Source of the DNA: Okamejei kenojei
Taxonomy: Eukaryota
Direction: 5' to 3'
Length of the DNA: 64,000 nucleotides
Assembly (NCBI GenBank): GCA_035221665.1
Contig: CM069163.1
Span: 16,864,001-16,928,000 of the forward strand
Positions 50,420-63,807 of the stretch are shown one piece after another. The notes below the pieces were generated by a model. The model was not told the origin of the DNA. It was given only the letters and a program-made list of their open reading frames with translations, and made no database searches. How positions within the stretch are numbered: position 1 is the first letter of the stretch; each line of letters starts with the position of its first letter. Made by a program: the position numbers and the translations under genes.

Positions 50420-50826
50420 GAGATCAGATAGATTGGGCAGTTTAGGACTTTATTCTGAAAAGCACAGGAGGCTGAGGGTTGAAATAGCTGTGTAAAAAAT
50501 CATGAGGGTAATAGATAGAGTGAATCCAGAGTATAAGAATCAAGAACCAGAGTTAACAGGTTTAAGGTGAGAAGGGAAAAATTTACTAGGAACCTGAGAG
50601 GCAATGTTTTCTCCCATGAGGGTGGTAGGTGCAAGTAGTTAAGGTAGGTCCAATAAAAGATTTAAAATACATTTGGACAGGTATATGGATAGAAAAGGTT
50701 TAGATGGATATACTGTAGGCCAAATGCAGGTAAATGGGAATAGCTTAGATGGGGCAGCTTGGTCGGTATCTACGAGTTGGGCCAGGGGCCTGTTTCCATG
50801 CTGTATGACTGTATGAGTCTATGACC
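50420..50826 (+). mobile_element. CR1/HER1 LINE 3' end
   Basis: aggaggctgaggg...tcaagaaccagagttaacaggtttaaggtgaga; tail gcctgtttccatgctgtatgactgtatgagtctatgac. Confidence 0.85.
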
Positions 50827-51377
50827 TGAAGTAACCATTCAAGTCATAGTTCGGACTCCCTACTGTGTAGCTCAAGACAGACTCAGATGGAGACTAAGGA
50901 GGTATGCATTGCCAGTTTCAAAAGGAAGATACAGTAATCAAAATGCCAGTATTGTGCTTGCCTCATTTTTGGGAAAAGTCAGTGAAAGAGTAAAAGGTCA
51001 TTTCAATTAAGAGCATTGTATATACCAAGCAAATTGATATATGGCAGTGCTGCTCGAGATTGTATTTTGTATTAAAATATAAATGCCAAGACAAACATTG
51101 CAACCTGATAAATGTCACAGCACGGCCAGCACTGACTAGCTCAGGCTTCTGTTCTCAGCGGAGTCCAAATGCACTGCAGAGTCCACACCCGCAGCAGAGG
51201 CTAGGTATCTGAGGCATCGTGTCAGGGGCACATGTTCTACAATACCCTGTATCTTTGATATGGTATAAATGCCCAGATGCTGCAACACATGAGTGGTTCA
51301 GGGCTTTCCTTGTAACATAATTTAATTACAACCTAAGTGTTGTACTCTAGCGTTGGAGGTGAATAATTCAGTTTGAT

Positions 51378-51822
51378 GTTAGGTTTGAGTTTAACTTATT
51401 GTCACATGTACTGAGGTACAGTGAAAAGCTTTTGTTGCTTGCTAACCAGTCCGCGGAAAGAAAATACATTATTACAATCGAGCCATCCACAGTGCACAGA
51501 TACATGACAAAAGGGAATAACATGGATAACGTTTAGTACAAGGTAAAGTCCGATCAAAGATAATCCAATGAGGTAGACAGTAGTTCAGAACTGTTCTCTG
51601 GATGTTGGTAGCATGGTTTTGTTGCCTGACAACAGCTGGGAGGAAACTGTCCCTGAATCTGGAGGTGTGCATTTTCTTACTTTTATACCTTTTGCCCACA
51701 ATTGGGGAAGGGGAGAAGATGGAGTGGGCATGGTGCGACTCATCCTTGATTATGCTGGTGGCCTTGCTGAGACAGAGTGAGGTGTAAATGGAGTCAATGG
51801 AAGGGAGGTTGGTTTGTGTGAT
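51378..51822 (-). mobile_element. Rex1/Babar LINE 3' end
   Basis: GKRYKSKKMHTSRFRDSFLPAVVRQ; tail cttttcactgtacctcagtacatgtgacaataa. Confidence 0.85.
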
Positions 51823-52399
51823 TCAGCGACTGGTTGCTCACAAGTGAGTCAGTGAGATTCACACCGAGGATACGTGTTGTGGTATCAGCATAAATAGGAC
51901 TGTGACCTTATGTGAGTTCATACCTTGGTCTGTCACATCATGACAAAGTTAACTATATTTATCCTTATATGGACTTGGACTAGATGCATAGTCATTCCTC
52001 ATTATTACAGCCTTGCAGAAAAGCAGTGAGATACTATGACCTATCCAACCGTTATCCTTTCAAAGTTTGATGCACTCTTTAAAAAAACATCTTTCAGGAG
52101 GGAAGAAAACCCTTTTTCCAGGCAATCAGTCAATCTCTGGCATTTGGCAAAAGTATTTGCTCTGTCACTGGTTCCCACCATGCTTCCTGTGTGTTGAAAC
52201 TATTTAAGCTTGAGGTCCTGTATGGGAGACTGTGGCCTTGATTGGGCAATATCTCAGCACTGGAGTACGACATATGAGGCTGATGAAACAAATCCAATCT
52301 ATCTGAAGACCACCTCATCGGGGGATTTTCATTCATCACAGATTCATGGAACATGTTATTAACAGTGCAATCAGGTAGCACTTTCCAACTGCTCACGAT

Positions 52400-52930
52400 G
52401 CTTGGTTTGGATTTGACTGAGACCACTTGACCTCATACCTCACCATGGACCCAGGGAGCTCCATTCCAGGGAGGTGAGAGTGACTGCCTTTGAAATCAGC
52501 AGCATTGAAACAGGCTTTTCAGCCCATCTCATCCATGCCAACCAAAATATCTTCATGAATCATTCCTGGGTAACTTTTCATATTGTCAGGTAGATGCTGG
52601 GTAGGGTCAAAGAATAGCAGGTTTATCATAGACTTGATTGATCCCCAACTTGATGCAGACCACAGTCTGAAGCAGCAGAGTCAGAGATTCTGCACAGCAG
52701 CGGCCCTCAGTGTGATGATTTCAGGCTGTTTTCTTGTTTGTGTTTGATCTGAAGCCAGGAGATTCATGGGGTCTGACATCAATGTTGAGGATTTCTGAGA
52801 CTATCCCCTGCTACCTGTGAACTGTTGGGCTCACATCCTGTGGTGTACCCATGGATTGTAATGGAAGAGTCTGGTATGCTTTCTGTCATCTATGATTGCG
52901 TGAGAATGATTCCATCAAGCTGTTGTTTAC
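52400..52930. mobile_element. Ancient LINE pieces (RT start on +, endonuclease-region piece on -)
   Basis: agggaggtgagagtgactgcctttgaaatc = REVRVTAFEI, resembling the RT motif ..VALDI..AFD. The minus-strand assignment is weak. Confidence 0.4.
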
Positions 52931-54984
52931 TGGTCAGTGAGACGATTCGCCCAAATTAGATGCTGGTCCCGAGATACCCATGAGGAAAACATTGATAGGT
53001 CAAACAGGCTGGGAGCAATCTCACTGTGTTTAATTAATGTGGGTGGTCTGACAATTGGATCCTCATTATTTTTTAACTTGGCAATTGCAATACAACTGAA
53101 TAAGTTCTCAGACCTATTCGGAGAGCAGTTTGTAGTCTACCGCGAATCATGAAGATACACTCCTAAAGGACAGCAGTGTCATGCTGTCCCTTTTAGTACG
53201 GACAAAGAATGTTTGAAGAGCTGGCAGTAATTCAGTGGTGACACAATAGAGGATAGTAGCCGGCATGAAGATTGTGATTAATTGTACATGTAATTTTACT
53301 CTCAGAAGGGCAACAGTATATTTCAGATGATAGAGAAGTGAGAGAATGGGAATATAGGGTCTGGGATATTAATTGGTTTCTCTAGCCTAGCAGTAGAGTC
53401 ATAGAGCTGCACAGCAGAGAGAGAGGCCCTTCAGCCCACCTTGTCCATGCCGACCAAGTTGGCATATTGGGCTGGTCCCATTTCCCCCATAGCCCTCTAA
53501 ATCTCTAAACAGTCCTGACACAGTCTTTAATGGTGGTGGGAATGAGACTAGGAAGAAGCCACTTCAGGGGACCATAAGCGATCCTGTGGTGAAACACCCC
53601 CTCCCACAGCTGGTAACATCTGTCATCAGATAAGTGGAAACATCCACTGCTTTTACTTTGCAGAGGAAGTTATAAAAATGGATTTGTTATTAAGAACTAA
53701 ATATGTCAGGAACGTTGTGTGCACTAAACAGAAGCTTTTTGCAGCTTAAAGTTTTCCTCTGAGCACAAACAATGCTCATGAGACTTGCTGTCAACCATTT
53801 CCTTCCAATAGTTGACCTTTATTGGCCTTAAAAGCATTTCTGTGACAGGTCTCATAGCTGTCTATACAGTTCAACATTATGTGCTGTATAATTGATTGTT
53901 GGAGGTGCATGCGAGCATTTCCTAATGTTTTACACACATTCTCACTGTAAACGCTACTCAATCATAATGAAGACCCAAAAAAAATGGATTTTCATAAACT
54001 CCTCTCTGGTTCATGAATGTCCTTCAGTGAAAGAAATCTGTCATCATTAGTTTGTCTGGCCTAATGGGGCTCCAGACTGACAATGTGAGTTGATTCTTAC
54101 AGACCCTTGAAATACCCCAGCAAGCCATCTCGTTCTTCCAGTAGGAAGAATAAACCTGAACAGTCCTCCTGACATCGAACTAGGTACCAAATTAGGATGT
54201 GGCAAAGGGGTCTTGCAAAGTCCTCCAGACAATATCTGGTTGGTGTCTAAACTAGATGACCTGAATAGATGATTCTGAAATTATCTCCACTATTCTAGAC
54301 TCTACAGTTAAAGAGCCCTTCTGCATTCACTGCATGAATCTCTTTCTGAATCTTGCTTGTTGCAGTGAGATCACCTTTCCTCGATACCCGAGTGGGTGTA
54401 TAACAATCTTTCTCAATCTCAGATCACAGGCCAACCCTTTCATCCCAGGAATCAATTCAGTGAAACGATACTTCACTGACTTCAAGGCAAATATATCCTT
54501 CTGAGTGTTCAGAGGCTAAAATGGCATGCAGCATTTCAAATGTGTTCCTCCACAGTCCTGTTCAACCTCATTCTGGCAGTCCTAAAATCACAACTTCCAG
54601 AAGTTACAATACTTATTGGTAAGTTAAATTGACAGAAATGTAACTTTGCACATATTCTGTCAATTCCCTTCCATCCATCCATTATCTGAGGACAAGTGTT
54701 TAAATTCCGAGAGCTAGTCACACAGCAGACTTGCTCCATAGTCATACATGCTCCATAGGATCACAGCTATGAACAATGCACTTGATTCCTCCATTCCATC
54801 TACTGTGGGTTATGTACAGCTCCTCTGCACCAGAACTGGAGACACGGTGGTACACAGGTGGGAGGAATACTCCCTGGGAGGCCTCAGCATTGATTCAAGA
54901 CCACCAGAAATCTCAGGCATTAGGTTAAACGTGGGCACATGAACCTCCTCCACTCTTGACATTCATGTATAAAGAGGAGTGATT

Positions 54985-55250
54985 CACATTTTGACTCCCC
55001 AAAGTCTCTCCACCATGTACAAGGTACAAATCAGAAGTGTGATATTGGACTATGTCCTGTCTTAGTGATAGCATCAGGTGAGTATACAACAATCTTCCTC
55101 AATCTTCCTCGTGCAGCCTCCACTGCGAGCACAACCACAGACTCCCTCCCACACATGCACCACCCTGAGGACAAATACCTGAGCACAAGGTCTGACCATC
55201 TTCCCATGATGCCAGCAAGAGTTACACAGTCTGAAGTTCATTAACCTATT
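54985..55250 (+). mobile_element. Ancient LINE post-RT fragment
   Basis: LTPQSLSTMYKVQIRSVI fits the non-LTR thumb motif L...YK..VRS.MEY. Confidence 0.55.
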
Positions 55251-55634
55251 ACATTATGGAAACCTGACTATTGAGGCCAGATTGAAATCATGGCATGACT
55301 TTAAATTACAAGGCGATCTCACGTGTGGAATTAGAGCACATACAACTGAGCTAGGTATAATTTTTGGCACATTAATTCAGATTGTATTATCTTTATTGGA
55401 AAACCTTGCGTTTGGAACATCCTCCCAGTGAGTGTTGTCCTTTAAGAGTTAATCATATTATTAATTATTTTTGCTGTTTAACCCCAAATATAAATTGCAA
55501 TGGTTAAAAGTTTTAAATCAACTGAGAAGTAGGGTAAAATTAAAATATCACTTGGTTCTTCATTAATAAAGAAAGTAGCTTTTTATGTGTACATGATATG
55601 GCACAGACATCCAGTAAATTATTCATATCTTATA

Positions 55635-55990
55635 GAGCTGTAGAAGATCATGAGGGGAATAGATAGGGTGAATACACAGAGTCTTTTTCCCAGGGTAGGG
55701 GAATCAAGAACTTGAGGGCTTAAGTGTATGGTTGGAGGGGAATGATTTGATCAGAACCTGAGGGGCAACTTTTTCCACACAGAGAATGTATGGAATACCG
55801 AACAAGTTGCCGGAGGAAGTAGTTGAGACGGGTGCAATTACAACATTTAAAAGAGACTTGGACAGGTACATGGAAAGGAAAGTTTGAGGGGAATATGGGC
55901 CAAACATGGGCAAATCTTATTAGAGTAAATGGGGCACCTTCATCTGCATGGATGAATTGTGCTGAAGATGTAGTTTCTTTGCTGTCTGAC
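55635..55990 (+). mobile_element. CR1/HER1 LINE 3' end
   Basis: Colinear with 50500-50810. Confidence 0.85.
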
Positions 55991-56087
55991 AATCACTATA
56001 TCGGCACATAATCCCTCAATTCAGCATATCACTTTATTATAAAATGCAATTTAGATATTTCACATATCTAAATTATTCTCCATGGAT

Positions 56088-56484
56088 TGTCACTATGTCA
56101 TGGTGGAGAAGTTTGTGTGGTCCTGAGATCCTGAGAGCGATGCCATCTGGAGCTATGCTCCTGGTAGGGTCAATCATGGTGGTAAGGTCGAGGGGGAGGT
56201 CTCTGATAAAGAGCAATCCAACTAAGACCTCAACGGTGGAACAAGCGGAGGATGATGGCTGACTTTAGTGGAGGGTCACAACGGCTGGGAAGGCAGATGA
56301 AGGCTGTGGCAGAAAAGAGTCCCTGGTCGTCTTGGAATCCATGCCACTGGATTTTGACCCAGATCTGTCAAGGACCGTGTGGTGGTTGTCTGTGCACCAG
56401 TCTCGCCACATTAAACAAAGTCACACAGAGGGGTCCTCCATGAGGGGACAGTCATACTCATTTCGAGTGACCGCCGATGATGAT
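56088..56484 (+). mobile_element. Non-autonomous RTE (Expander/Rex3-like) derivative: 5'UTR joined to a (GAT)n end
   Basis: Start tgtcatggtggagaagtttgtgtggtcctgagatcctgagagcgatgcc...gctcctggtagggtc resembles RTE 5'UTRs. Ends gccgatgatgat; no RT. Confidence 0.55.
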
Positions 56485-56594
56485 TTAACATGATTACATT
56501 TAAATATTTAAATTATCTAAAGAAAATCATGAATTGAGCTTCTTGCAGTGCTGAGCAGAGTGATGGTGGATGTTCTGTTTCTCTTTCAAGATGG

Positions 56595-57056
56595 ATGTTC
56601 AAGTAGTAAACACTGCCCAGTCCATCATCGGCTCTGACCTTCCTTCCATCGAGGGGATCTATCACAGTCGCTGCCACAAAAAGGCTGGCAGCATCATCAA
56701 GGACCCAAACCACCCTGGCCACACACCCATCTCCCTGCTACTTTCAGGTAGAAGGTACAGGAGCCTGTGGACTGCAACAACCAGGTTCAGGAACAGCTAC
56801 TTCCCCACAGCCATCAGGCTATTAAACCTGGCTCGGACAAAACTCTGAACATTAATACCCCTTTATCTGTTATTTGCACTTCATCAATTTAATTTATTCA
56901 TTCATGTGTGTACTTACGTATATAATGGTATATGGACACACTGATCTCTTCTGTAGTCAATGCCTACTATGTTCTGTTGTGCTAAGCAAATAAATAATTT
57001 CATTGTCCTGTCAGGGACACATGACAATAAACTCTTTTGACTTTGACTTTGACTTC
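56595..57056 (+). mobile_element. Rex1/Babar LINE 3' end, well preserved
   Basis: QVVNTAQSIIGSDLPSIEGIYHSRCHKKAGSIIKDPNHPGH..ISLLLSGRRYRSL..TTRFRNSYFPTAIRLLN; tail atgacaataaa(ctttga)n. Confidence 0.93.
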
Positions 57057-57689
57057 TGTCCTCACAGAGGAATCATGGTTTTCCGGATCACATGAACGTT
57101 GACAGCAAAAGAAGGGGTATGTATATCAGTTTAAAAAAATTAAGAATTTAGCTGCAGATATCAAATGTCACAGCGTGGCGTACGGTAGATAAAGGTTAAC
57201 TTCATTTTCCTGGCCTTAAACCAGTCTGGTCATTTGTCATCCCCTGAAGAGCGGTGTCTGTTTCTTCAAAAAAGGGAGATATGGTAATTACCTCCAAACT
57301 AATCACACTCAGTCTCTAACATATAATCGCCATAGAACCATCAGGCCAGGGCATCCTGTTGCTGAAAATAATAAACTAAACTAAAGTGTCTACTTTAGCA
57401 GGCACAGGGAGAAATTCTACTTGTACCCGAAAGAGTCAAGAAGCAGGTGCAGGTGTTGGTATTTGTGTTACTTCATCACAGCCCTGATACTGCAGCTGAA
57501 TTTGGTGCAGAGTTTCATTTGAAGGGACTCAAATCCAGAGACTAAGCCCAGCCCCAGGTCGCTCGTTGGGAAACAGACAGAGTGGTGTTGCAGCAATCCC
57601 AGGCAAGCATATGCCCTTCAATGATTGCATGCAGGAGGTGGGACTGCCCTCGTTCCTCCTTGAAATATAAGATTACAACTGAAGACATG

Positions 57690-57813
57690 ATATCTGTACA
57701 CTGTGAATGGCTCGATTGTAATCATGTGTTGTCCTTCCACTGACAGGTTAGCACGCTACAAAAGCTTTTCACTGTACCTCGGTACATGTGACAATAAACT
57801 AAACTGAACTGAA
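57690..57813 (+). mobile_element. Rex1/Babar 3' tail only
   Basis: aagcttttcactgtacctcggtacatgtgacaataaactaaactgaactgaac; same tail as 51378-51510. Confidence 0.8.
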
Positions 57814-58077
57814 CGAGATGCGAAGGGAGATCACTGTCCTCATCAGAGATGCTCAGGCATCTGATGTAGCAAATAAATGAGCAGCTTGTCTCAAGTCAAT
57901 GCACTTCATACCAAGTTTCTAATGAATAGAAAGTGCACAGTGCAACCATCTCCACTGCCCCCTCCATCCCTTCCCTGTACTTAACTTCCTCCTGTCAGTT
58001 TAACAAAGGCAAAACCGACAGCCATGATTTGAAGCAAAATAGGAGAACTCAGCTGGTCAGGCGGCATCTGTGGAGGC

Positions 58078-58270
58078 CATAGAGTCATTAAGCACTGAAT
58101 TAGGCCCTTCGGCCCAACCCATCGATGCTGACCAATATGCCCCATCTAAACTAGTCCCCTTTACCCATGATTGGCCAAGATTACTCTAAACCTTTCTCAT
58201 CGATGAACCTGTCCAAGTGTTGGTTACATGTTGTTATTGTACCTGCCCAGCTACCTCTGTATGCTGCCAA
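58078..58270 (-). mobile_element. CR1/HER1 3' end abutting a truncated PLE arm (58030-58077)
   Basis: catagagtc...aggcccttcggcccaac; the arm gaactcagctggtcaggcggcatctgtggagg lies immediately to the left. Confidence 0.75.
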
Positions 58271-59184
58271 TGGCAACATACAGTCAACAGGGCAGTTTGA
58301 GACCGATCTTCTGTATCCTCCATCTTGATTTTTGTACCTATGTCTTGGGCAAGGAATCCTCACCTCAAGGTCTCCAGCACTTCTCCTCTTGGACACATCC
58401 GTCTGGTCTTTTGCCTTCCCTCTGCGTTTTCATTTCTAACAATTAACGTAATGTCAATGCCTTGCCCTCTCCACTCCCCTCACCCTCTCCACTCGCCTCA
58501 ACCCCTCCGAAAACGTTTCACCTTGTGCAGCCCTAACCTGTTCCGGAGATCTGGGAGTACTGATGACATCTAGTTATACGCTGGGCTAAGACACCTCCCA
58601 GTGGCTGCCTGGTGCAAGTGAAAGATCTGCGACCTGATCACAATGAATGCGCTTCCTTCCAGAAACAAGACAATCTGCAGTATTTTAAACTCACCTCCTT
58701 GTACTAGTGGAAAGGTTGTCAAATAATCTGCATGTCGATTCTGGAAAAAAAAAGATGGATACACATATCTGAAAACAAATCATAAAAATACTAAAGTGCC
58801 TCTATGCAGAGTTTCTAAATATAATGACTGTATCAAAAATAGTACACTTGGATCAAATGTGAGTTGATTTTGCCGAATGTTTTTCCCACATTTTGCAGTT
58901 GGGATATGGCAGGCTTTCAGCACACATGGTTGCAGGAAGCAAACCGCGCAGTAATTTCTGGCAGAGAGCTTAGCCCTCTCTCGACAAGCTTCACCACATC
59001 CTCTTCAATACATTTGTGATGCAACACATGAGTGGAGTTAGGATATTTGCATTCTGCATACCCTCCAAATTTGGCAGCTAAAGTTAGAGATGGTCAGTTT
59101 AAATATAAATAAGCTTCTTACAAAATGCCAGACACAAGATCTGGTGGTCAGGGATCCCCGAGGAAGTAGTGACCGCTGCATAAT

Positions 59185-59604
59185 AGAATTTCATAAGTTA
59201 TAGAATTAGGCCATTCGGCCCATCGAGTCTACTCCGCCATTCAATCATGGCTGATCTCTGCCTCCAAATCCCATTTTCCTGTTTTCTCCCCATAACCCTT
59301 GACACCCGTTCTAATCAAGAATTTGTCTATCTCTGCTTTAAAAATATCCACGGACGTGGCCTCCACAGCCCTCTGTGGCAATGAGTTCCACAGATTAACT
59401 ACCCTCTGACTAAAGAAGTTCCTCCTCACCTCCTTTCTAAAAGAGCGCCCTTTAATTCTGAGATTATGACCTCTGGTCCTAGATTCTCCCACCAGTGGAA
59501 ACATCCTTTCCATATCCACTCTATCTATGCCTTTCATTATTCTATAAGTTTCAATGAGGTCCCCCCTCAACCTTCTAGCCTCCAGTGAGTAGAGGCCCAG
59601 TGCT
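59185..59604 (-). mobile_element. Young CR1 LINE 3' fragment
   Basis: ORF 59241-59570 RGDLIETYRIMKGIDRVD...SRTRGHNLRIKG...RVVNLWNSLPQRAVEA. Confidence 0.95.
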
Positions 59605-59680
59605 GAAAAGTCATTTGTCCATTACCTCCACAGATGCTGCTTGGCCCGCTGAGTTCCTCCAGCACTTAGTGTTTTGCTCT
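59605..59680 (+). mobile_element. PLE terminal arm
   Basis: gtcatttgtccattacctccacagatgctgcttggcccgctgagttcctccagca. Confidence 0.75.
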
Positions 59681-60071
59681 TTAATAGCTTAAGCCAGTTA
59701 GCGAGTATAGAATCTCTACTCTGCCACCAAAACAGACCGGACTTAGATGCCAAAGAACAATGAAGTAATGCTCTGAGTTTTATAAACACAACTGGAATGG
59801 GTTCAGGCAAGAGGCTGATGTACATCAGACTCAAGGTGAGGGTGACGTCCACCATTCTCCAAAAATGAGTGGTGAGAAATCCCCGCTTTTAAATTATACT
59901 TAATTTAATCTCTGAAAGCTGTGAGGCAATTTGAAATATAATTACTGTTAATTGTGGCCATCAATTTCTCTAGAACTCAAAATTGTTTCTTGGAATGATC
60001 ATGACACAACAGTGGCTCACTGACGACTGGTGAGTCTGATCCCCTGTGATTACCTTCCATTGACATTGCCT

Positions 60072-60560
60072 TTATTATTGCGTCATGTACTGAGATACGG
60101 AGAAAAGCTTTTGTTTACTTCCTATCCAGTACAATCATACCATTCACGAGTACAATCAAACCATACACAAGTACAACAGAGGAAAATGCAGAATATATTG
60201 TTGCAGCATTGTAGCATTACAGCCATGGAGAAAAAGTGCAAGGCCCGCAATGAGGTGGGTTGGAAGATCGGGACTACACCTTAGCTTATGGCAGCAGCGT
60301 TCAGTAGTTTGATAATACCAGGAAAAAAACTGTTCGTGAATCTGGTGGTACATTCTTTCATGTTTTTGTATCCTCTGCCCAATGAGAGAGGGAATAACTG
60401 AGGTGTTAGAGCGTCGTAATTATGTTGGCTACTTTCCCAAGGCAGCGTTAAGTGTACGTGGAGTTGATGTGGGGAGCCTGGTCTGTGTGATCGACTGGGC
60501 TACATCCACAAGTCTCTGCAATTTGATTCTTCCCAGACTGAGCTGTGATGTATCCTAATC
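60072..60560 (-). mobile_element. Rex1/Babar LINE 3' end, decayed
   Basis: Colinear with 25030-25545. Confidence 0.8.
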
Positions 60561-60899
60561 GTATGTTTTTTACTTACTGGGTAGTTTTATTTCATTGAGA
60601 ATTGTAATAGTGATAAGCAGCATTTTACATAGATTTGTATTTCTCAATCACTGAAACATAAAGTGAAGGGTCATGCAGCATTATTATAGATTTATATTTT
60701 TTGATCACTAAAACATACAGTGGAGTGCTAATGATTATTGAGATTTCGATGTGCTGTGGTCTGGGAAAAAGGATACACGTTGTTACATCAATATTCTGAT
60801 CATTTCCACTTTATTCGCACCAGGACGAATATTCATTCACACCTGAGAATTTTTAACATTTTGAATGAGGTTTGATTCAGTCACAATTCCCTCTACTAC

Positions 60900-61190
60900 C
60901 CCATGAGTCCCAGTCCAGACCAGGGCCTCACTGTAGGGGTCACATTGCCAACTGCTGCTCTTCGTTCTTGGCCTCTCCTGCACAAATTGATCTTGAGGGC
61001 AGCATGTGGTGGGAATTGAGACTTCTGCTGTGTAGAGGACCTGACAGGGAGGGCTCTTCTCACCACCAGCCCAGCAAGGACGTGGTGTCAGAGAGTTCTC
61101 GGGATGAGGCGTTCTGTGTGGGGAACGATCTGAGAGGATGCACCACTTCCTTCACCCACAAGGCTTGGTGACATTCCACGGAGGCCGCTT
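60900..61190 (-). mobile_element. Tx1/L1 ORF2 C-terminal (zf-RVT region) relic
   Basis: Minus strand cagaacgcctcatcccgagaactctct...tggtggtgagaagagccctc reads QNASSREL...(frameshift) LVVRRAL. Confidence 0.55.
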
Positions 61191-61230
61191 CCTGATTGGC
61201 TTCTAGTCAAAGGCATTTCACTATACATTT

Positions 61231-61563
61231 CATAGAAACATAGAAAATAGGTGCAGGAGGGGCCATTCGGCCCTTCGAGCCAGCACCGCCATTCATTGTG
61301 ATCATGGCTGATCGTCCCCTATCAATAACCCGTGCCTGCCTTCTCCCCATATCCCTTGATTCCACTAGCCCCTAGAGCTCTATCTAACTCTCTCTTAAAT
61401 CCATCCAGTGACTTGGCCTCCACTGCCCTCTGTGGCAGGGAATTCCGTAAATTCACAACTCTCTGGGTGAAAACGGTTTTTCTCACCTCAGTCTTAAATT
61501 ACCTCCCCTTTATTCTAAGATTGTGGCCCCTGGTTCTGGACTCGCCCCACATTGGGAACATTT
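61231..61563 (-). mobile_element. Young CR1 3' end, same subfamily as 28436-29070
   Basis: Near-identical reverse complement of 28738-29070, including the CATAGAAACATAGAAAATAGG tail. Confidence 0.95.
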
Positions 61564-62592
61564 CTACAAAGTAAATTTCTTTCTACAAAGTACATTTAGG
61601 ATGCATTGTCAAATTGAAAGGAATTCCCATTAACACCATTTACACCATTAACTTCACAATAATTTAACATCTGTATAACCAACATCATATGTACCAGCAA
61701 CAGAACAATGAAATTCTTACTTGCATGATAAAGTCCTGGGAAAACGTGTGCTTGGGGAACCTTTTTCATTTTGATAAATGATCATTATGATAATGGTTAC
61801 ATCGTTTTCGCACACCCCCCACCCCACCCTCACCTGCTCCCTCAGCACCTCCCTTGCCATGTCATCCCCCCATCCTCACCTGCTCCCCATCTCCTCCCCA
61901 CCATTAACTGCTCCCCCATACCACCCTCACACACTCCCCCACCCCTCCCTCACTATTTGGTTTCACTGACATCGCTTGACCTGGATGTCTCCAGTGAGTG
62001 CAACAGACTTGTTTGGTCTGAGTGAACAAAGATGAAATTCTATCTCAGTCATTCCAAGAAACATAGAGAAAAGCCATGAAATAGGTCACAAGCTTTTTAT
62101 ATAACATCCATAAATATATAAATGATAGCTTACATTTTATGATTTGCAGAAGGATGGAGGGTCTTTCATACTTGTATTTCCATTTCTCATCACAGTCTTT
62201 GATATTGCAAAGTCTCTACAGATCCCTGCAGCTAGGAAAGCACAGACATCTGCATTGAGTTCCCACTCACTCCTCATGTCACAAAGCTTTTGAATTGAAG
62301 CTATGCTACATTTGTAGAATTATTCATACGTTGATATTCCATCGCTAAAGTTTTACTGGCACTGAATATTCAAACAGGCTTGTGAAAGAAAATAGCCTCC
62401 GGTAAGCTGCAGGCATTCAAGGTGAATCAATGTGCATTTATTTTATAAATTCCACTCCAACTTTATCTCAGGACAATAGAGATCGGGGCCCTGTTGGGTA
62501 AAATTGTGGAGAATGGGCAAAACATTAAGACCAGTTTTGATCTAATTATCTGATGATATAACATTTTCCTTCCAGATTTCTTCTCCTCCTAA

Positions 62593-62987
62593 AGGGCCTG
62601 CCCCACTTTACGAGATAATTCACGAATTCTCCAGAGTTATTCATGAATTCCCCCGAGTTTTCCCCTTGATTCAAACTCGCAGAATGTTCGTAACGGGTCC
62701 GTAGGAGGCCGTAGGAGTCCGTAGATATATCGTAGCGGCTTGCTATGCCAGCCATAGGTACTCGAGGCATCAGGTAAGTCGGGACGTTTTCTCCAGCCTG
62801 ATAAAAATGTCCACGAGTAAAAAAATAGTCGGGAGGATGCCCCGAGTACCTACGGCTGGTTTACGATATATCTACGGACTCCTATGGACCTGTTACGAAC
62901 ATTCTGCGAGTTTGAATCAAGGGGAAAACGCGGGAGAATTTGTGAATAACTCGGGAGAATTTGTGAATTATCTCGTAAAGTGGCCCT
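62593..62987. mobile_element. PIF/Harbinger-type fold-back MITE, 395 bp
   Basis: TAA-AGGGCCTGCCCCACTTTACGAGATAATTCAC...GTGAATTATCTCGTAAAGTGGCCCT-TAA; about 170-bp imperfect inverted arms; 6-bp deletion in the right TIR. Confidence 0.9.
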
Positions 62988-63094
62988 TAATTTCTCCTTG
63001 GAATGTACCGTGACTGGTAGCTCATCCATGAGACTATTATGTATAATCAAACAGAAATGAGAGAGAAACAAGTTATTTGGTCCAATAAAATGGA

Positions 63095-63220
63095 GATACA
63101 CGAGACTACAGATGCTGTAATCTTTAGCAAAATAAAAAGAGCAGCTGAAGGAACTCATGGTTCAGGCAGCATCTGTGGAGGGAAAGGGATGTCAATGTTT
63201 TGAGTCAAAATCCTTTATCT
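63095..63220 (-). mobile_element. PLE terminal arm
   Basis: ctacagatgctgtaatc...ggaactcatggttcaggcagcatctgtggagggaaaggga. Confidence 0.75.
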
Positions 63221-63224
63221 AGAC

Positions 63225-63807
63225 CAGGGGTGGGGAACCTGCGGCCTTAAGGCCGCATGCGGCCCTCTAGGCAATTAAGTGCGGCCTTTTGAATTAATCC
63301 AAATTTTGTAGAACAAATCCTTTTATTTTTATTAATATGTTTTTGTTTGTCTTTTATTATTTTAATTTTAATCTTAAAATAAACGTATTTAAAATACCAA
63401 AGAGTAAAAGAAGATTCAACTAAATCTTCCCCACACGAAAAATGCTTTCTTGCTTTTCAACCACTTATTGCTGCGAATCTACATTCTTCTACCTAACCCA
63501 AATCAAGATGCCCTTAAGATCGGATACCGATCTAGAAGATCAGCAGAAACTGCGTACCTCCATGTTGCAACCAAATATTCAAATGCTTTCCTACAAAGAG
63601 CAGTCACAACAAAGTCATTAAAAGCTTAGTTAACTTTAGAATGAACAATTTTTTTTTCATTTTCTTGAAGTTAGTACACAGTAGTTATATTTTTACAAAA
63701 TAATGTACATTTTGAAGTATATCTAATTTAAGTTTCTTGGATGCGGCCTTATTAGATTACAGCTAACTTAATGCGGCATTCCAGCATGAAAAGGTTCTCC
63801 ACCCCTG
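63225..63807. mobile_element. hAT (Charlie-type) non-autonomous DNA transposon, 583 bp
   Basis: TIR CAGGGGTGGGGAACCT / AGGTTCTCCACCCCTG (1 mismatch). Perfect 8-bp TSD ATCTAGAC at 63217-63224 and 63808-63815, fitting the Charlie nTCTAGAn preference. Subterminal GCGGCC repeats. Confidence 0.95.

Noticed and set aside
58290-58530. Possible Penelope N-terminal coding relic (YVLGKES...)
   Set aside because: Too degenerate to support without an alignment.
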